Positions 1 to 9,798 of a DNA stretch of 64,000 nt are shown here, in pieces. Position 1 is the stretch's first letter. Each line of letters starts with the position of its first letter. The translations under genes were made by a program, and so were the position numbers. The notes under the pieces are model-generated. The model did no database searches, was not told where the DNA came from, and saw only the letters and a list, made by a program, of their open reading frames with translations. Origin of the DNA: a virus (lineage: Duplodnaviria; Caudoviricetes). The DNA lies in IMG/VR virus record IMGVR_UViG_3300020049_002596, positions 31,513 to 95,512 of that record; one strand, written 5' to 3'.

Positions 1-405
1 TTCCAAATTTGTAATGAAAACAGTGTTACAGATGACAACTTTGATATCTTTTTGAATGGTACATTCATTGGAGCTGTAGATTTAAGTGCTAATGCACAGG
101 TAGGTTCTGTATTTATTGCTAGTACTAACCCTGCATTAACTATAACTTCGTCTGATTTTGCCTGTCCTATATCAGGAATGCAAGTGTACTTCTTTAATCC
201 TAATTTATTGCAAACAAGCAATACTATAGAGATGAGAAATACTCAAGATAATGGGTCAGGAAATCAAGGTACCGTTGGAATTAGAAATTATTTATTAGCA
301 GGGACTAACTTAAGTGCTCCTTGTGTTATAGCTGACTTAGCTTATAGTCCACCATCAGGTGGAGATGCAATCTTAAACTTTGACTACACAGAGTGTTGTC
401 CATAA
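1..405 (+). CDS. 5'-truncated hypothetical Cys-containing beta-rich protein, possibly virion-associated
   Basis: Frame 1 is open from base 1 (FQICNENSVTDDNFDIFLNG...) to TAA at 403-405, so the track start at 52 is internal. Confidence 0.6.
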   Translation, partial: FQICNENSVTDDNFDIFLNGTFIGAVDLSANAQVGSVFIASTNPALTITSSDFACPISGMQVYFFNPNLLQTSNTIEMRNTQDNGSGNQGTVGIRNYLLAGTNLSAPCVIADLAYSPPSGGDAILNFDYTECCP

Positions 406-416
406 AACTTTAAAAT

Positions 417-773
417 ATGAAGATAATACAAAAAGGTATTGTTGGGCTAAAAGATGCCCAGTACTACATTTATCATCTAAGCATTATTAACCCTTTTTTA
501 CCTATTGAATTGACTCCAAAAGAAAGAGAAGTTCTTGGTACATTCATGTCATTTAAGGGTGACCTTGCAGAAAAAGATAGATTTGGCACTACGTTTAGAA
601 AGGAAGTAAAGAAAATGCTATCAATCTCAGATGGAGGCCTAAGTAATCACCTTTCTGCTCTTAAGAGTAAAGGTGCAATTAGAGAAGAGTTGGGTGGTCT
701 TATACAGATTGCGTCAATATTGCTTCCTGAAGAAAAGCAACAGTTCTATCAATTTAAAATAGTAAAAGAGTAA
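417..773 (+). CDS. Winged-helix DNA-binding protein
   Basis: LTPKEREVL...RKEVKKMLSISDGGLSNHLSALKSKGAI is a wHTH-type pattern. Confidence 0.6.
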   Translation: MKIIQKGIVGLKDAQYYIYHLSIINPFLPIELTPKEREVLGTFMSFKGDLAEKDRFGTTFRKEVKKMLSISDGGLSNHLSALKSKGAIREELGGLIQIASILLPEEKQQFYQFKIVKE

Positions 774-1102
774 TGAAGCTGCTACATCCTGATTTAATTG
801 AAGAGTATTACGAGTCTATCAAAGACAAATACCCAGGTCTTACAAAAGAACAATGTAATCAAATTTGTAGTGCCCCATTTGTAGAGGTTAGAAAAGGTAT
901 CGAATCAGGAGAATTCTTAACCATTAGGTTAAAGTTTTTTGGTACTTTTGTTGTCTACCCTAAAAGAATGATTTACTATTTGAAGGTGTACAGTAAGATG
1001 TTTAAAGAACAGAGAATTACACCTGCGAATTATTTCAAAAAGAAAGAGCAATTAGAATCAGCACTTAAAAGAAAAGAAGATGAAAGCAAAAGTAACCTTT
1101 AG
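773..1102 (+). CDS. HU/IHF-like DNA-binding protein
   Basis: Helical N-terminus followed by IESGEFLTIRLKFFGTFVV, resembling the HU/IHF beta-arm base; IHF-like genes are typical of crAss-like phages. Confidence 0.6.
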   Translation: MKLLHPDLIEEYYESIKDKYPGLTKEQCNQICSAPFVEVRKGIESGEFLTIRLKFFGTFVVYPKRMIYYLKVYSKMFKEQRITPANYFKKKEQLESALKRKEDESKSNL

Positions 1103-1442
1103 TAACATTGTAGCTTATATTCAAGGGAATGTAAGAGAGAAACTATTTTATAGCAAAAGATTCAATTGGTTATTACCTTTGCACATCTTTGAACAAATCA
1201 ATTACAGACTCTTTGTGATGAATAAAGAGTGCTATTCAAATGGAGAATGTGTTGAGTGTGGTTGTTCTACTCCTGCATTACAGATGGCAAACAAGACTTG
1301 TGAAGGTCTTTGCTATCCTATGATGCTAGATGCAACTGATTGGCACATATATAAAAGAGAGTACAATATTGATTTTAGATATTGGAACTCTTCTAAACCT
1401 AGAGAGTTTGAACTAAGAATAACCCACAAAACAAAAAGATAA
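1080..1442 (+). CDS. Cys-rich putative Zn-binding protein
   Basis: CYSNGECVECGC...CEGLCYP cysteine cluster. Confidence 0.55.
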   Translation: MKAKVTFSNIVAYIQGNVREKLFYSKRFNWLLPLHIFEQINYRLFVMNKECYSNGECVECGCSTPALQMANKTCEGLCYPMMLDATDWHIYKREYNIDFRYWNSSKPREFELRITHKTKR

Positions 1443-1735
1443 TGAGTCACTGGAAAAACCCTGAGATAAATTTAGGAATAATAAAAGCAGGTTCACCTAA
1501 AAAAATGATCTTTACTGCATTAGAAAGTGTACCTACAATTAAAGCAATTACTCCTTATTGTGGTTGTACTGCTACTGACTACAACCCTGTTACAAGAGAG
1601 TTGAAGATTACTTACAGCAATGGAGAAATTCCTGCTCAAGTACAAGGGGCTCAAGCAACTACAAAACGAATTGATATCACTTATGAAGATGATACAGTTG
1701 ATATACTAATAATTAAAGCAACAAGAATTAGATAA
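1442..1735 (+). CDS. DUF1573-like Ig-fold protein
   Basis: INLGIIKAG...ITPYCGCTA...LKITY matches the CGCT motif of Bacteroidota DUF1573 domains. Confidence 0.6.
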   Translation: MSHWKNPEINLGIIKAGSPKKMIFTALESVPTIKAITPYCGCTATDYNPVTRELKITYSNGEIPAQVQGAQATTKRIDITYEDDTVDILIIKATRIR

Positions 1736-2313
1736 TGACAAATAAACTTACCATAACAGATTACTTAAGGTTAGCAAAAGCTAATCCCACAGTAGAAAAA
1801 GAATTTGAGTATTTTAAAGAACACATCTTTAATAGAACCTTAGTTTGGGAAGGTGTTAAAAATCCTAAAGCTGGAGGTAGCCTACACAATGTGGCTGGAG
1901 ACTCAGGAGGTTGGACTCTTTGGGGTATTGCCTACAATCATAATAAAGAGCTATTTAAGAACTTTGATGATTTTAAAGACACTACTTATGAAGAAGCTGC
2001 AGCTATAGCTTACACTAAATACTATAGAGCAATCAATGCTTTTATCCTTCCTCTTGAGGCTAGGTTAATGTATTTTGATACAGCCTATAACATGGGTAAT
2101 GCTAGAGCAATCAAGTTAATGCAGAGATGTGCTAAGGTACCAGATGATGGAATTATTGGGCCTGCAACTAGGGAGAAAATGCAATATGTAACAGAAGAGT
2201 GTCTTTACAATGCAAGAAACACAGCTTATAATAATTTAGTAAAAGCAAATAAAGCTTTAGGTAAATTTTTAAAAGGTTGGTTAAACAGATCAATTGCAAT
2301 ATTCAAAGCATGA
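1735..2313 (+). CDS. Endolysin, glycoside hydrolase family 108 with C-terminal peptidoglycan-binding region
   Basis: WEG...DSGGWTLWGI, FDTAYNMG, DDGIIGPAT and C-terminal FLKGWLNR are GH108/PG_binding_3-type motifs. Confidence 0.85.
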   Translation: MTNKLTITDYLRLAKANPTVEKEFEYFKEHIFNRTLVWEGVKNPKAGGSLHNVAGDSGGWTLWGIAYNHNKELFKNFDDFKDTTYEEAAAIAYTKYYRAINAFILPLEARLMYFDTAYNMGNARAIKLMQRCAKVPDDGIIGPATREKMQYVTEECLYNARNTAYNNLVKANKALGKFLKGWLNRSIAIFKA

Positions 2314-2720
2314 TGCTAACTAAAGCTGTAGATGTCAATCCTTATGGAAGACTACTACATATTATTATTACAGGTAACTTTAGTGAAGATTATCCTGCAA
2401 TCAATAAGAAATACAAGCAAAACCTAGATGAAGATGACAATGTGTTAGGTATGTCTCAAATGAGAGGTCAACATCACATGATTGTTATTAACTTAGGTAA
2501 GCACAGATCAATTTTTAAAGGGATAGAAATTGAATGTGAATTAGCAGATACTATTGCTCATGAAGCATATCACTTATGTAATCAGCTTTTTAAAAGTATG
2601 GGGGCCACAGTAGATGTGAATAATGATGAACCACATGCCTATCTTTTAGGCTGGTTAGTGCAGCAGATTACCAGAGTTTACTTAAAATTTAAAGAGAAAG
2701 AAAATGGCAAAATGGTTTAG
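2310..2720 (+). CDS. Zincin-like metallopeptidase domain protein
   Basis: TIAHEAYH (HExxH) plus downstream DEPHAYL; ATG at 2310 overlaps the endolysin stop (ATGA). Confidence 0.65.
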   Translation: MMLTKAVDVNPYGRLLHIIITGNFSEDYPAINKKYKQNLDEDDNVLGMSQMRGQHHMIVINLGKHRSIFKGIEIECELADTIAHEAYHLCNQLFKSMGATVDVNNDEPHAYLLGWLVQQITRVYLKFKEKENGKMV

Positions 2721-2850
2721 ATTATACATTACCACTGTTTTTATTGATTTTCAAGTGGGAGTTAATGTAATTGGATTACCTGAGTATCATACTCATGGAT
2801 TAATCATTTCAAAAAGAATCAAAGAAACAGATATTCACAAATACCAATAA
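2704..2850 (+). CDS. Small hypothetical protein (48 aa), absent from the ORF track
   Basis: ATG 2704 to TAA 2850 (MAKWFRLYITTVFIDFQVG...HKYQ) fills the gap between flanking genes; next ATG at 2852. Confidence 0.55.
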   Translation: MAKWFRLYITTVFIDFQVGVNVIGLPEYHTHGLIISKRIKETDIHKYQ

Positions 2851-2851
2851 C

Positions 2852-3427
2852 ATGAGTTTATTATTTACAGTAGAGAGCAAAGTAGTCTCTCCTACAACAG
2901 AGACTCTTCTTATTCCAGTTTTCAAAGAGATATGGAATAGAGATGAATCTGCAGATAAAAGGTATGCTATAGAAGACTTTTCTTATATTGAGTTTATGGG
3001 GTCTATTCAAAAAAGTAACCCATACTCTGGATATCCTGAAGATCAGAGAGCAGAAAAAATTATTAAGGACATCATTACAAGAGCTGAATGGGACCAAAAT
3101 GATAGACTGTTGTTGCAAGGAATTGACAAGTTAAAAGAGTTTCAAGCAGAGGCTTCAGTAACTTACAATTACTACATGGCTGCTAAATCTGCAGCTGAAA
3201 AGATGCAACAATTCTTTATTGGATTTAGCATGAATGATGTAAACCTGAGAACAGGGGCACCAATTTTTAAACCTAAAGATATTACCTCAGCTTTAAATGA
3301 TACTTCTAGAGTACTTGAAAACCTCAACACTCTTAGAGAAAAAGTTGATAATGAGATATTTGAAGAAGTTAAAAAGAAAGGACAGAAAATAGTAAGTCCT
3401 TTTGCAGACCCAAACAGTTTAAAATAA
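2852..3427 (+). CDS. Phage protein upstream of terminase (possible small terminase subunit)
   Basis: Helical 191-aa protein with coiled-coil C-terminus two genes upstream of TerL; function inferred from position only. Confidence 0.4.
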   Translation: MSLLFTVESKVVSPTTETLLIPVFKEIWNRDESADKRYAIEDFSYIEFMGSIQKSNPYSGYPEDQRAEKIIKDIITRAEWDQNDRLLLQGIDKLKEFQAEASVTYNYYMAAKSAAEKMQQFFIGFSMNDVNLRTGAPIFKPKDITSALNDTSRVLENLNTLREKVDNEIFEEVKKKGQKIVSPFADPNSLK

Positions 3428-3462
3428 TTCAGTATATTTACACACTAATTAAAACAAATATT

Positions 3463-3876
3463 ATGGCAGATTTAGATAAAATATTAGGGAGCAAAAATGC
3501 TAATGTTAAAGGTACAGGTAGAGTTGTTATAGCAGCTTTGTTACTTAAAGCTAGAACAGATGCACATTTAACTCACTTAAAACAAGCTGATAAAACTTTG
3601 GCTAGACATAATGCTATGTCAATGTTTTATGATGGAGTATTAGATTTAGTGGATGGTTACATAGAATCTTCTATGGGAATTGTTCCTGGATTTACTGTAG
3701 ATTCAGTACCTGCTTCTGCAATTATTGCTGACCCTGTAGCTTATTTTAAAGATTTATACAATCAAATTGAGACTAGTAGAACAGACATTAAAGAATCTTT
3801 TTTACAGAATCAAGTAGATACTGTGCAAGAACTTATTGCCAACACATTGTATAAATTACAATTCATTACTCAATAA
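3463..3876 (+). CDS. Dps/ferritin-like four-helix bundle protein (DUF5856-like)
   Basis: AHLTHL...ARHNAMSMFYDGVLDLVDGYIE...NTLYKL matches the Dps-like H..H..D..E pattern. Confidence 0.7.
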   Translation: MADLDKILGSKNANVKGTGRVVIAALLLKARTDAHLTHLKQADKTLARHNAMSMFYDGVLDLVDGYIESSMGIVPGFTVDSVPASAIIADPVAYFKDLYNQIETSRTDIKESFLQNQVDTVQELIANTLYKLQFITQ

Positions 3877-3879
3877 TTC

Positions 3880-6078
3880 ATGAGTCAACTAGGAGCAATT
3901 AGAAATCCTGATGGGATTTGGATAAACACAGAAGTGTTCAGAGAAGAAGCAAGGAAGTTTCAGAAGTATAATGCATACTGTCTGGACCCTTGGGGATCTC
4001 CTGATTGGTTCTCCTATTGGCAAGAGCAAAGAAATAGAATCATAAATGGTTACTCTGTAGGTGGAGTAAAGGTTACAGGTGACCATTATTTTTATTTAAA
4101 CTTCTGTCCTATCCTTAAAGTAGAGGACATGAATGCTAAAAAATCTGCTAAAATTACTGACTTCCCTGACTTTTGGGATGGTGACTACAACTATTTTTGG
4201 GCTAGAGAAATTGCCTTTAATGGTATAGTAGATGGTTTAGGAGTGCAAACAAAATTTGAAGAAACTTGCAGAGTCTCTGCCAAATCTTTACCTGAAGCAG
4301 AAGCTCAGAAAAAAGCTTTAGAAGATTTATTTAAGGGACTTCATTTAGAAGTTAAAATAGAAGCTGATTACCTAAAAGGAGGTTATAATCTTATTGTAGG
4401 AAAATCTAGACGTAAAGGATACTCCTATAAGAATGCAGCTATTGCTGTTAAGAATTATCTATGTTATCCTAAAGCTCTAACTATATTTGCTGCCTATGAA
4501 AAGAAATTCCTTTATCCTAAAGGTATCTATACCATGGCATCTAACTACCTCAACTTTATTAATGCTAACACTGCTTGGGTTTACCCTAAAGATGTTGTTG
4601 ATAAAATGGACCACGTTAAGGCTTCTACTATTGAATACAGAAATGGTGTAAAAATTGAGACAGGTTTCTTATCAGAAATCATGGCATTGACTTTTAAAGA
4701 TAATGCAGATGCCGCAAGGGGTAAAGATGCTAGAGACGTAATCTTTGAGGAATCAGGAGCTTTTGGTACCCCAGGTTTGCTTAAAGATTCTTATGTAGCA
4801 ACTCAAGACTGTGTAATGGCAGGGTCTATTAAAACAGGTATGATTACTATCTTTGGTACATCTGGAGATATGGAAGGTGGTACTGCAGATTACTCTGAGA
4901 TGCATTCTAATCCTTTGAGATTTGGAATGATGCCTTTCCAAAATATATGGGATGAAGATTCTGCTGATATGAAGTGTGGATTCTTCCACCCTATCAATTG
5001 GAATATGGAAGGTTACTATGATGACCAAGGAAACTCTGATGTAGAAGGAGCTAAAACTTTAGAACTTGCTCAGAGAAAGGTATTGCTTGATAATGGGGCA
5101 ACATCTGCTGATATTCAGAAAAGGATGCAGGAAAAACCTTTGGGCCCATTTGAAGCCTTTGGTATGGTCTCTACAAATAACTTTCCAATCTTAGAATTAA
5201 AGAGACAACTTGAAATAGTTAAAGCAAAAAATCTACACATGATAATGGGAACTCCTGTTAAGATGTATTATGATTATGAATCTAAAAAAGTTAAAGCAGA
5301 ACCTATATTAGATGGTACTGCTAATGTAATTTACAGACAAAAACCAGATAACACTTCTCTGGAAGGTTGTCCTGTTATTTATGAATATCCTCCTGAAGTT
5401 CCTATGAGAGGAGCTTTCAAAATAGGATATGACCCTTATAGACAAGATAAAGGTTCCTCTCTTGCAGCTGTCTATGTGTACAAGAGTGTGATTATAGGGG
5501 ACAGAACTAAAAGAATAATTGTTGCTGAATATGTGGGAAGACCTGGAGAAGCAGATGATGTAAACTACATTTGTAGGTTATTTGCTGAACTGTACAATAC
5601 CACTATTATGCATGAGAATGAGGTTACCCATGTTAAAGATTACTTTAGAAGAAGAAAACAATTACACTATTTAGCTTACCAACCTGATGAGGTTATAAAG
5701 AAAAATGTGAAGAATTCTAAAGTAAATAGGGTATATGGTTGCCACATGATAGACCAGCTTAAAGATGCAGGTGAAAAGTATATCAAATCTTGGTTACTAG
5801 AGACACTAGATTTTGATGATGATGGTATGCCTATTAGAGCTTTAGATCAAATCTATTCTATTGGATTGTTGGAAGAATTAATTGGTTATAACAGAAAAGG
5901 AAACTTTGATAGGGTCATGGCTCTTATGCAAGTGATGTTTCAAGACCAAGAAGATTTACATGGTAAAGAATACCAGCCAAAATCTAAAGGAAATGCTAAA
6001 GCAAAACAACTTTTAGAAATGATGGATACTGCCTATATGAAAAATAATGGTAGAAATGCATTACAATCATTAAAATAA
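3880..6078 (+). CDS. terL: Terminase large subunit
   Basis: Walker A-like GKSRRKGYS, Walker B VIFEESG, motif III FGTSG, RNase H-like nuclease motifs GYDPY and NFDRVMA. Confidence 0.95.
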   Translation: MSQLGAIRNPDGIWINTEVFREEARKFQKYNAYCLDPWGSPDWFSYWQEQRNRIINGYSVGGVKVTGDHYFYLNFCPILKVEDMNAKKSAKITDFPDFWDGDYNYFWAREIAFNGIVDGLGVQTKFEETCRVSAKSLPEAEAQKKALEDLFKGLHLEVKIEADYLKGGYNLIVGKSRRKGYSYKNAAIAVKNYLCYPKALTIFAAYEKKFLYPKGIYTMASNYLNFINANTAWVYPKDVVDKMDHVKASTIEYRNGVKIETGFLSEIMALTFKDNADAARGKDARDVIFEESGAFGTPGLLKDSYVATQDCVMAGSIKTGMITIFGTSGDMEGGTADYSEMHSNPLRFGMMPFQNIWDEDSADMKCGFFHPINWNMEGYYDDQGNSDVEGAKTLELAQRKVLLDNGATSADIQKRMQEKPLGPFEAFGMVSTNNFPILELKRQLEIVKAKNLHMIMGTPVKMYYDYESKKVKAEPILDGTANVIYRQKPDNTSLEGCPVIYEYPPEVPMRGAFKIGYDPYRQDKGSSLAAVYVYKSVIIGDRTKRIIVAEYVGRPGEADDVNYICRLFAELYNTTIMHENEVTHVKDYFRRRKQLHYLAYQPDEVIKKNVKNSKVNRVYGCHMIDQLKDAGEKYIKSWLLETLDFDDDGMPIRALDQIYSIGLLEELIGYNRKGNFDRVMALMQVMFQDQEDLHGKEYQPKSKGNAKAKQLLEMMDTAYMKNNGRNALQSLK

Positions 6079-6082
6079 TTAT

Positions 6083-6090
6083 TACTTTTG
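6083..6090 (+). promoter_or_regulatory. Bacteroidota -7 promoter element TAnnTTTG (TACTTTTG) upstream of portal
   Basis: Exact consensus match in the intergenic gap, 22 nt before the ATG. Confidence 0.55.
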
Positions 6091-6112
6091 TAGATACTTA
6101 TCCTTTAAGCAA

Positions 6113-8527
6113 ATGAATCAACCAGTTACACAACCCAAGTCATATTCTACTGAAAGACTCAGTAGAAGAGAAAAGGAGTCTCAGAACTTCCTTTGGTACA
6201 GAGAAAAGATTGACATGTATGATACCAAAGCCAACTTCTTATCTATAGGATATGGAGGGGTGAATGAGTATAAAAGAATGAGAGTTAACTATGACTTGTT
6301 TAATAACATCATAGACCTTTCAGACTTTGCTTATGTGGCTACACCTTATGGTGCTGACCAAGGAGAGATGCCAGCTCAAATGGCAAATAGAGATATTTGT
6401 TCTTATAGAATAAAAGCTCTTATTGGGATGGAAATGAAAAGACCTTTTGGGTACAGGGTAATTGCAACTAACAAAGAAGCTTCAAATAGGAAAGTAGAAG
6501 AAGAGACCAAGAGAATTACAGACTTTGTAGTTAACTCTATTATGGCTCCTATACAACAACAAAAAGAAGCTGAGTATCAAGCTCAAATAAAAGGGAGAGA
6601 ATTAACTCCACAAGAAACTCAAGAACTTCAAGAAAAGATGGCTGCAGAAATTGAAGCAGCTACTCCAGACAAAGTCAGAGCTTATATGAGAAGAGATCAT
6701 AGAGACCCTGCTGAAGTTCAAGGACAACAAATTCTTAACTACTTGATTAAGAAGTTAGATGCTAAAAAGAAATTCAATAATGGTTGGAAACATGGTTTGA
6801 TTTCAGCTTATGAAGTTTATTGGCTAGGGATAATTAATGGAGAACCAGCTTTAAAAGTTGTGAACCCTGTTAGATTTTCTTGTGATAAAGCTTCAGATTT
6901 AGATTATATTGAACAAGGAGAATGGGCTGCAGCTGAATACAGAATGCATCCTTCTCAAATTGTACAGACTTTTGAACTTGATGACAAAGAGATAGATACT
7001 CTTTGGAGAAATTATAATCACCATGTTACTCAAAGGGTGCATGACAACTTATTTAACTTTGATGAATACCTTACTTATGAGGATAAGAATGCTGTAAGAG
7101 TATTACACTGTGTATTCAAAGGGTTAAGAAAAATAGGTTGGTTAGATTATATTGACCAAGATGGTGTTCTTCAAACTAAGTTTATGGTAGATGAAACCTA
7201 CAAATTAAACAAAGACAATGGAGATGTAAAAATCAAGTGGGAGTGGATTCCTGAAGTATATGAAGGATATAAAATTGGTTCTCATATCTATAAAGAAATG
7301 AGACCTATTCCAGGACAGTTTAAAGATATGGACAATATCTATAAATGTAACTTACCTTATTATGGAGCTATTTATGATAATGTAAACTCTCAACCTACTT
7401 CTGTAATGGACAGAATGAAAGTTTATCAGTACTACTATAACATAGTAATGTATAGATTAGAACTTCTTTTAGCTTCAGATAAAGGTAAAAAAATCTTAAT
7501 GAATATTAATGCTATTCCAACTGACTCTGGAATTGACCTTAAGAAATGGCAGTACTTCTTTGAATCTACTCCATTTATGTGGTACAACCCTGATGAAGAA
7601 GGAATGAATCAATCTGATGTAAACACTATTGCTAAAACTTTAGACCTTTCATTAGCTTCTGATATTCAAAAATATATTCAACTTGCTGACTACTTAGAAC
7701 AAAAATGTGGTAAGTCTGTAGGTATTACTGACCCTGTATTAGGGCAAACTTCTGTATCTGAAAGAGTTGGTAACAACCAACAAAATTTAGTTCAGACTTC
7801 TCACATGCTAGAACCTTACTTTGATTTACATAACTGTATTAAGAGAAATGTATTACAAGGTTTAATTGATTTAGCTAAGGTAGCTTATGCTTCTTCTGAT
7901 AAGAAGAATATTACTTACATCTTAGATGATATGTCTGTAGAAATGTTACAGATGGATATTAACTTACTTGATGAAAGTACTTTAGGTTTGTTTATGGAAG
8001 ACTCTTCTATGTCAGAAGAAATTAAACAAACTATTCAACAATTGGCACATGCTGCTATGCAGAATCAAAAAATTGAATTGTCAGATGTTCTTAAAGTTAT
8101 CAAACAAGATTCTATTCAAGAAGCTGAAGAGGCTTTACTTGTATCTGAAGAACTTAGAAGTAACAGAGAACAAGCTAATGCAAAAGCTCAAGAGAAAGCT
8201 AAAGCAGAATTGGAAGCTAAACAACAACAACATGAGAAAGAACAATGGTCTCATGAAGCTGATATGATTGTTCTAAAAGAAGAAGAAAGAAGAAAAACTG
8301 AAATACAAAAACAAGCTATGTTGTCTATGGGATTTGATACTAACAAAGATCAAGACAATGATGGTATTCCAGATGTTCTTGAAGTTGCTAAACATGGTGT
8401 TGATGCTGAAATAAAAAGAGCACAGATAGCCAATGAGGGCAGAATGATAAGTCATACTATAGAGAATGACAAAGAAAAGAATAGGCTTAAAGCCAAAGAA
8501 ATTGCCCAAAAGGGGGCAGGAAAATAA
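6113..8527 (+). CDS. Portal protein
   Basis: 804 aa directly after TerL; helical, coiled-coil C-terminus with DQDNDGIPD motif; crAss-type position and size. Confidence 0.9.
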   Translation: MNQPVTQPKSYSTERLSRREKESQNFLWYREKIDMYDTKANFLSIGYGGVNEYKRMRVNYDLFNNIIDLSDFAYVATPYGADQGEMPAQMANRDICSYRIKALIGMEMKRPFGYRVIATNKEASNRKVEEETKRITDFVVNSIMAPIQQQKEAEYQAQIKGRELTPQETQELQEKMAAEIEAATPDKVRAYMRRDHRDPAEVQGQQILNYLIKKLDAKKKFNNGWKHGLISAYEVYWLGIINGEPALKVVNPVRFSCDKASDLDYIEQGEWAAAEYRMHPSQIVQTFELDDKEIDTLWRNYNHHVTQRVHDNLFNFDEYLTYEDKNAVRVLHCVFKGLRKIGWLDYIDQDGVLQTKFMVDETYKLNKDNGDVKIKWEWIPEVYEGYKIGSHIYKEMRPIPGQFKDMDNIYKCNLPYYGAIYDNVNSQPTSVMDRMKVYQYYYNIVMYRLELLLASDKGKKILMNINAIPTDSGIDLKKWQYFFESTPFMWYNPDEEGMNQSDVNTIAKTLDLSLASDIQKYIQLADYLEQKCGKSVGITDPVLGQTSVSERVGNNQQNLVQTSHMLEPYFDLHNCIKRNVLQGLIDLAKVAYASSDKKNITYILDDMSVEMLQMDINLLDESTLGLFMEDSSMSEEIKQTIQQLAHAAMQNQKIELSDVLKVIKQDSIQEAEEALLVSEELRSNREQANAKAQEKAKAELEAKQQQHEKEQWSHEADMIVLKEEERRKTEIQKQAMLSMGFDTNKDQDNDGIPDVLEVAKHGVDAEIKRAQIANEGRMISHTIENDKEKNRLKAKEIAQKGAGK

Positions 8528-8595
8528 AATAAAGCTATTATAGTTTAAATATAATAACTTCATTTTGAATATGTAATTAATTAAATAATTAAACT

Positions 8596-8603
8596 TAAAT
8601 TTG
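8596..8603 (+). promoter_or_regulatory. TAnnTTTG -7 element upstream of scaffold/MCP genes
   Basis: TAAATTTG in an AT-rich intergenic region. Confidence 0.55.
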
Positions 8604-8611
8604 TCACAATT

Positions 8612-9766
8612 ATGAGTGGAACAGAGAAAACCATTGAACAATTTGCAGGCTGGGAAGATACATCACAACAGCATGATTTTTTTGGAGAAACTAATCTAGA
8701 AGTAGATGTAGTAGAAGCAGCAATCAAAGATGATATCACATTAGAGCAAGAAGCTGCAAAAGAGAAGGAAGAGAAAGCAGAACAAGAATTGATTGATGAT
8801 CAATTTAGTTCTTTTGAAAAGACTCCTTCTAAAGAAGAAAAAGAAGAAGGTAAAGAGACTCCTTCAGATAAAAAAGAGCCTGCTACTAATGTAAACAATA
8901 AACAGACCTTAGAATTCTTAAAAGAAAAAGGTTTAGTTGATTATGAATTAGAAGATGGTAAAGAACTTACTGAAGAAGAAGCTGAGCATTTAATTGAAGA
9001 CTCTTGGGAGAAAGCATTAGAAGCTGAAGTAGAATCTACAATAAAAGATTTACCTCAAGATATTAAAGACTTGATTAAGTTTGCTTCTAAAGGAGGAAAT
9101 GTTGGAGAGCTTTTAGGTAAGATGGTTCAACATGCTACTTCAGGTATCAGTAAAAGTAGTGATATCACCAATGAAGATGTACAAGTTCTTGCAGTGACTT
9201 TGGATTTAAAAAACCAAGGATATGACCAAGAGTACATAAATGACCAGATTGAGTTTTTAAAAGAAAAGGATAAGCTAGAAGGCATAGCTAAAAAATCTTA
9301 TGATAAGATTATAGCTGAGCAAGAAGCTGAAACTGCAGGACAAGTTGAAAGACAAAAAGAAACTGCTGAATTAAGAAAGAAACAAGCAAGAGAATATAAG
9401 AGTAATATTACTACTCATATTAATGCTTTATCTGAGACAAATGGGTTACCTTTATCTAAACAAGATAAATTGAGTCTCCCAACTTATATTTCAGAACCTA
9501 ATGTAGAATTACAGGATGGTAGATTTGTAAGTGAAATGCAAGCAGATTTATTCAAGGTTATGGCTGACAAAGACAAGATAGTTCTTTTAGCTAAACTATT
9601 AAAGACAGATTTTGATTTTAGTGCTATTGAGAGAAAGAAACAATCTCAAGCTGCAAGAGGAGTCAGAGAAGCTGTTGAAAGAGTAGACAGAAAAGAATTA
9701 TCAAATTCAGAAAGTGGAGGTCACAAATCCAATAAAAAAGCCCTCTGGGATATGCTAGAGGATTAA
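8612..9766 (+). CDS. Putative capsid scaffolding/assembly protein
   Basis: Highly acidic, coiled-coil, located between portal and MCP. Confidence 0.65.
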   Translation: MSGTEKTIEQFAGWEDTSQQHDFFGETNLEVDVVEAAIKDDITLEQEAAKEKEEKAEQELIDDQFSSFEKTPSKEEKEEGKETPSDKKEPATNVNNKQTLEFLKEKGLVDYELEDGKELTEEEAEHLIEDSWEKALEAEVESTIKDLPQDIKDLIKFASKGGNVGELLGKMVQHATSGISKSSDITNEDVQVLAVTLDLKNQGYDQEYINDQIEFLKEKDKLEGIAKKSYDKIIAEQEAETAGQVERQKETAELRKKQAREYKSNITTHINALSETNGLPLSKQDKLSLPTYISEPNVELQDGRFVSEMQADLFKVMADKDKIVLLAKLLKTDFDFSAIERKKQSQAARGVREAVERVDRKELSNSESGGHKSNKKALWDMLED

Positions 9767-9798
9767 TAATTAATTACTAACTTTAAATTTAAAACAAA

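Noticed and set aside
3880-6078. Intein or intron in terminase (also considered for RNAP and MCP)
   Set aside because: ORFs are continuous, with no recognisable intein splice motifs or homing endonuclease domains
8528-8611. AT-rich intergenic region as replication origin or ncRNA
   Set aside because: Short, explained by promoter and leader sequence; no iterons or stable structure
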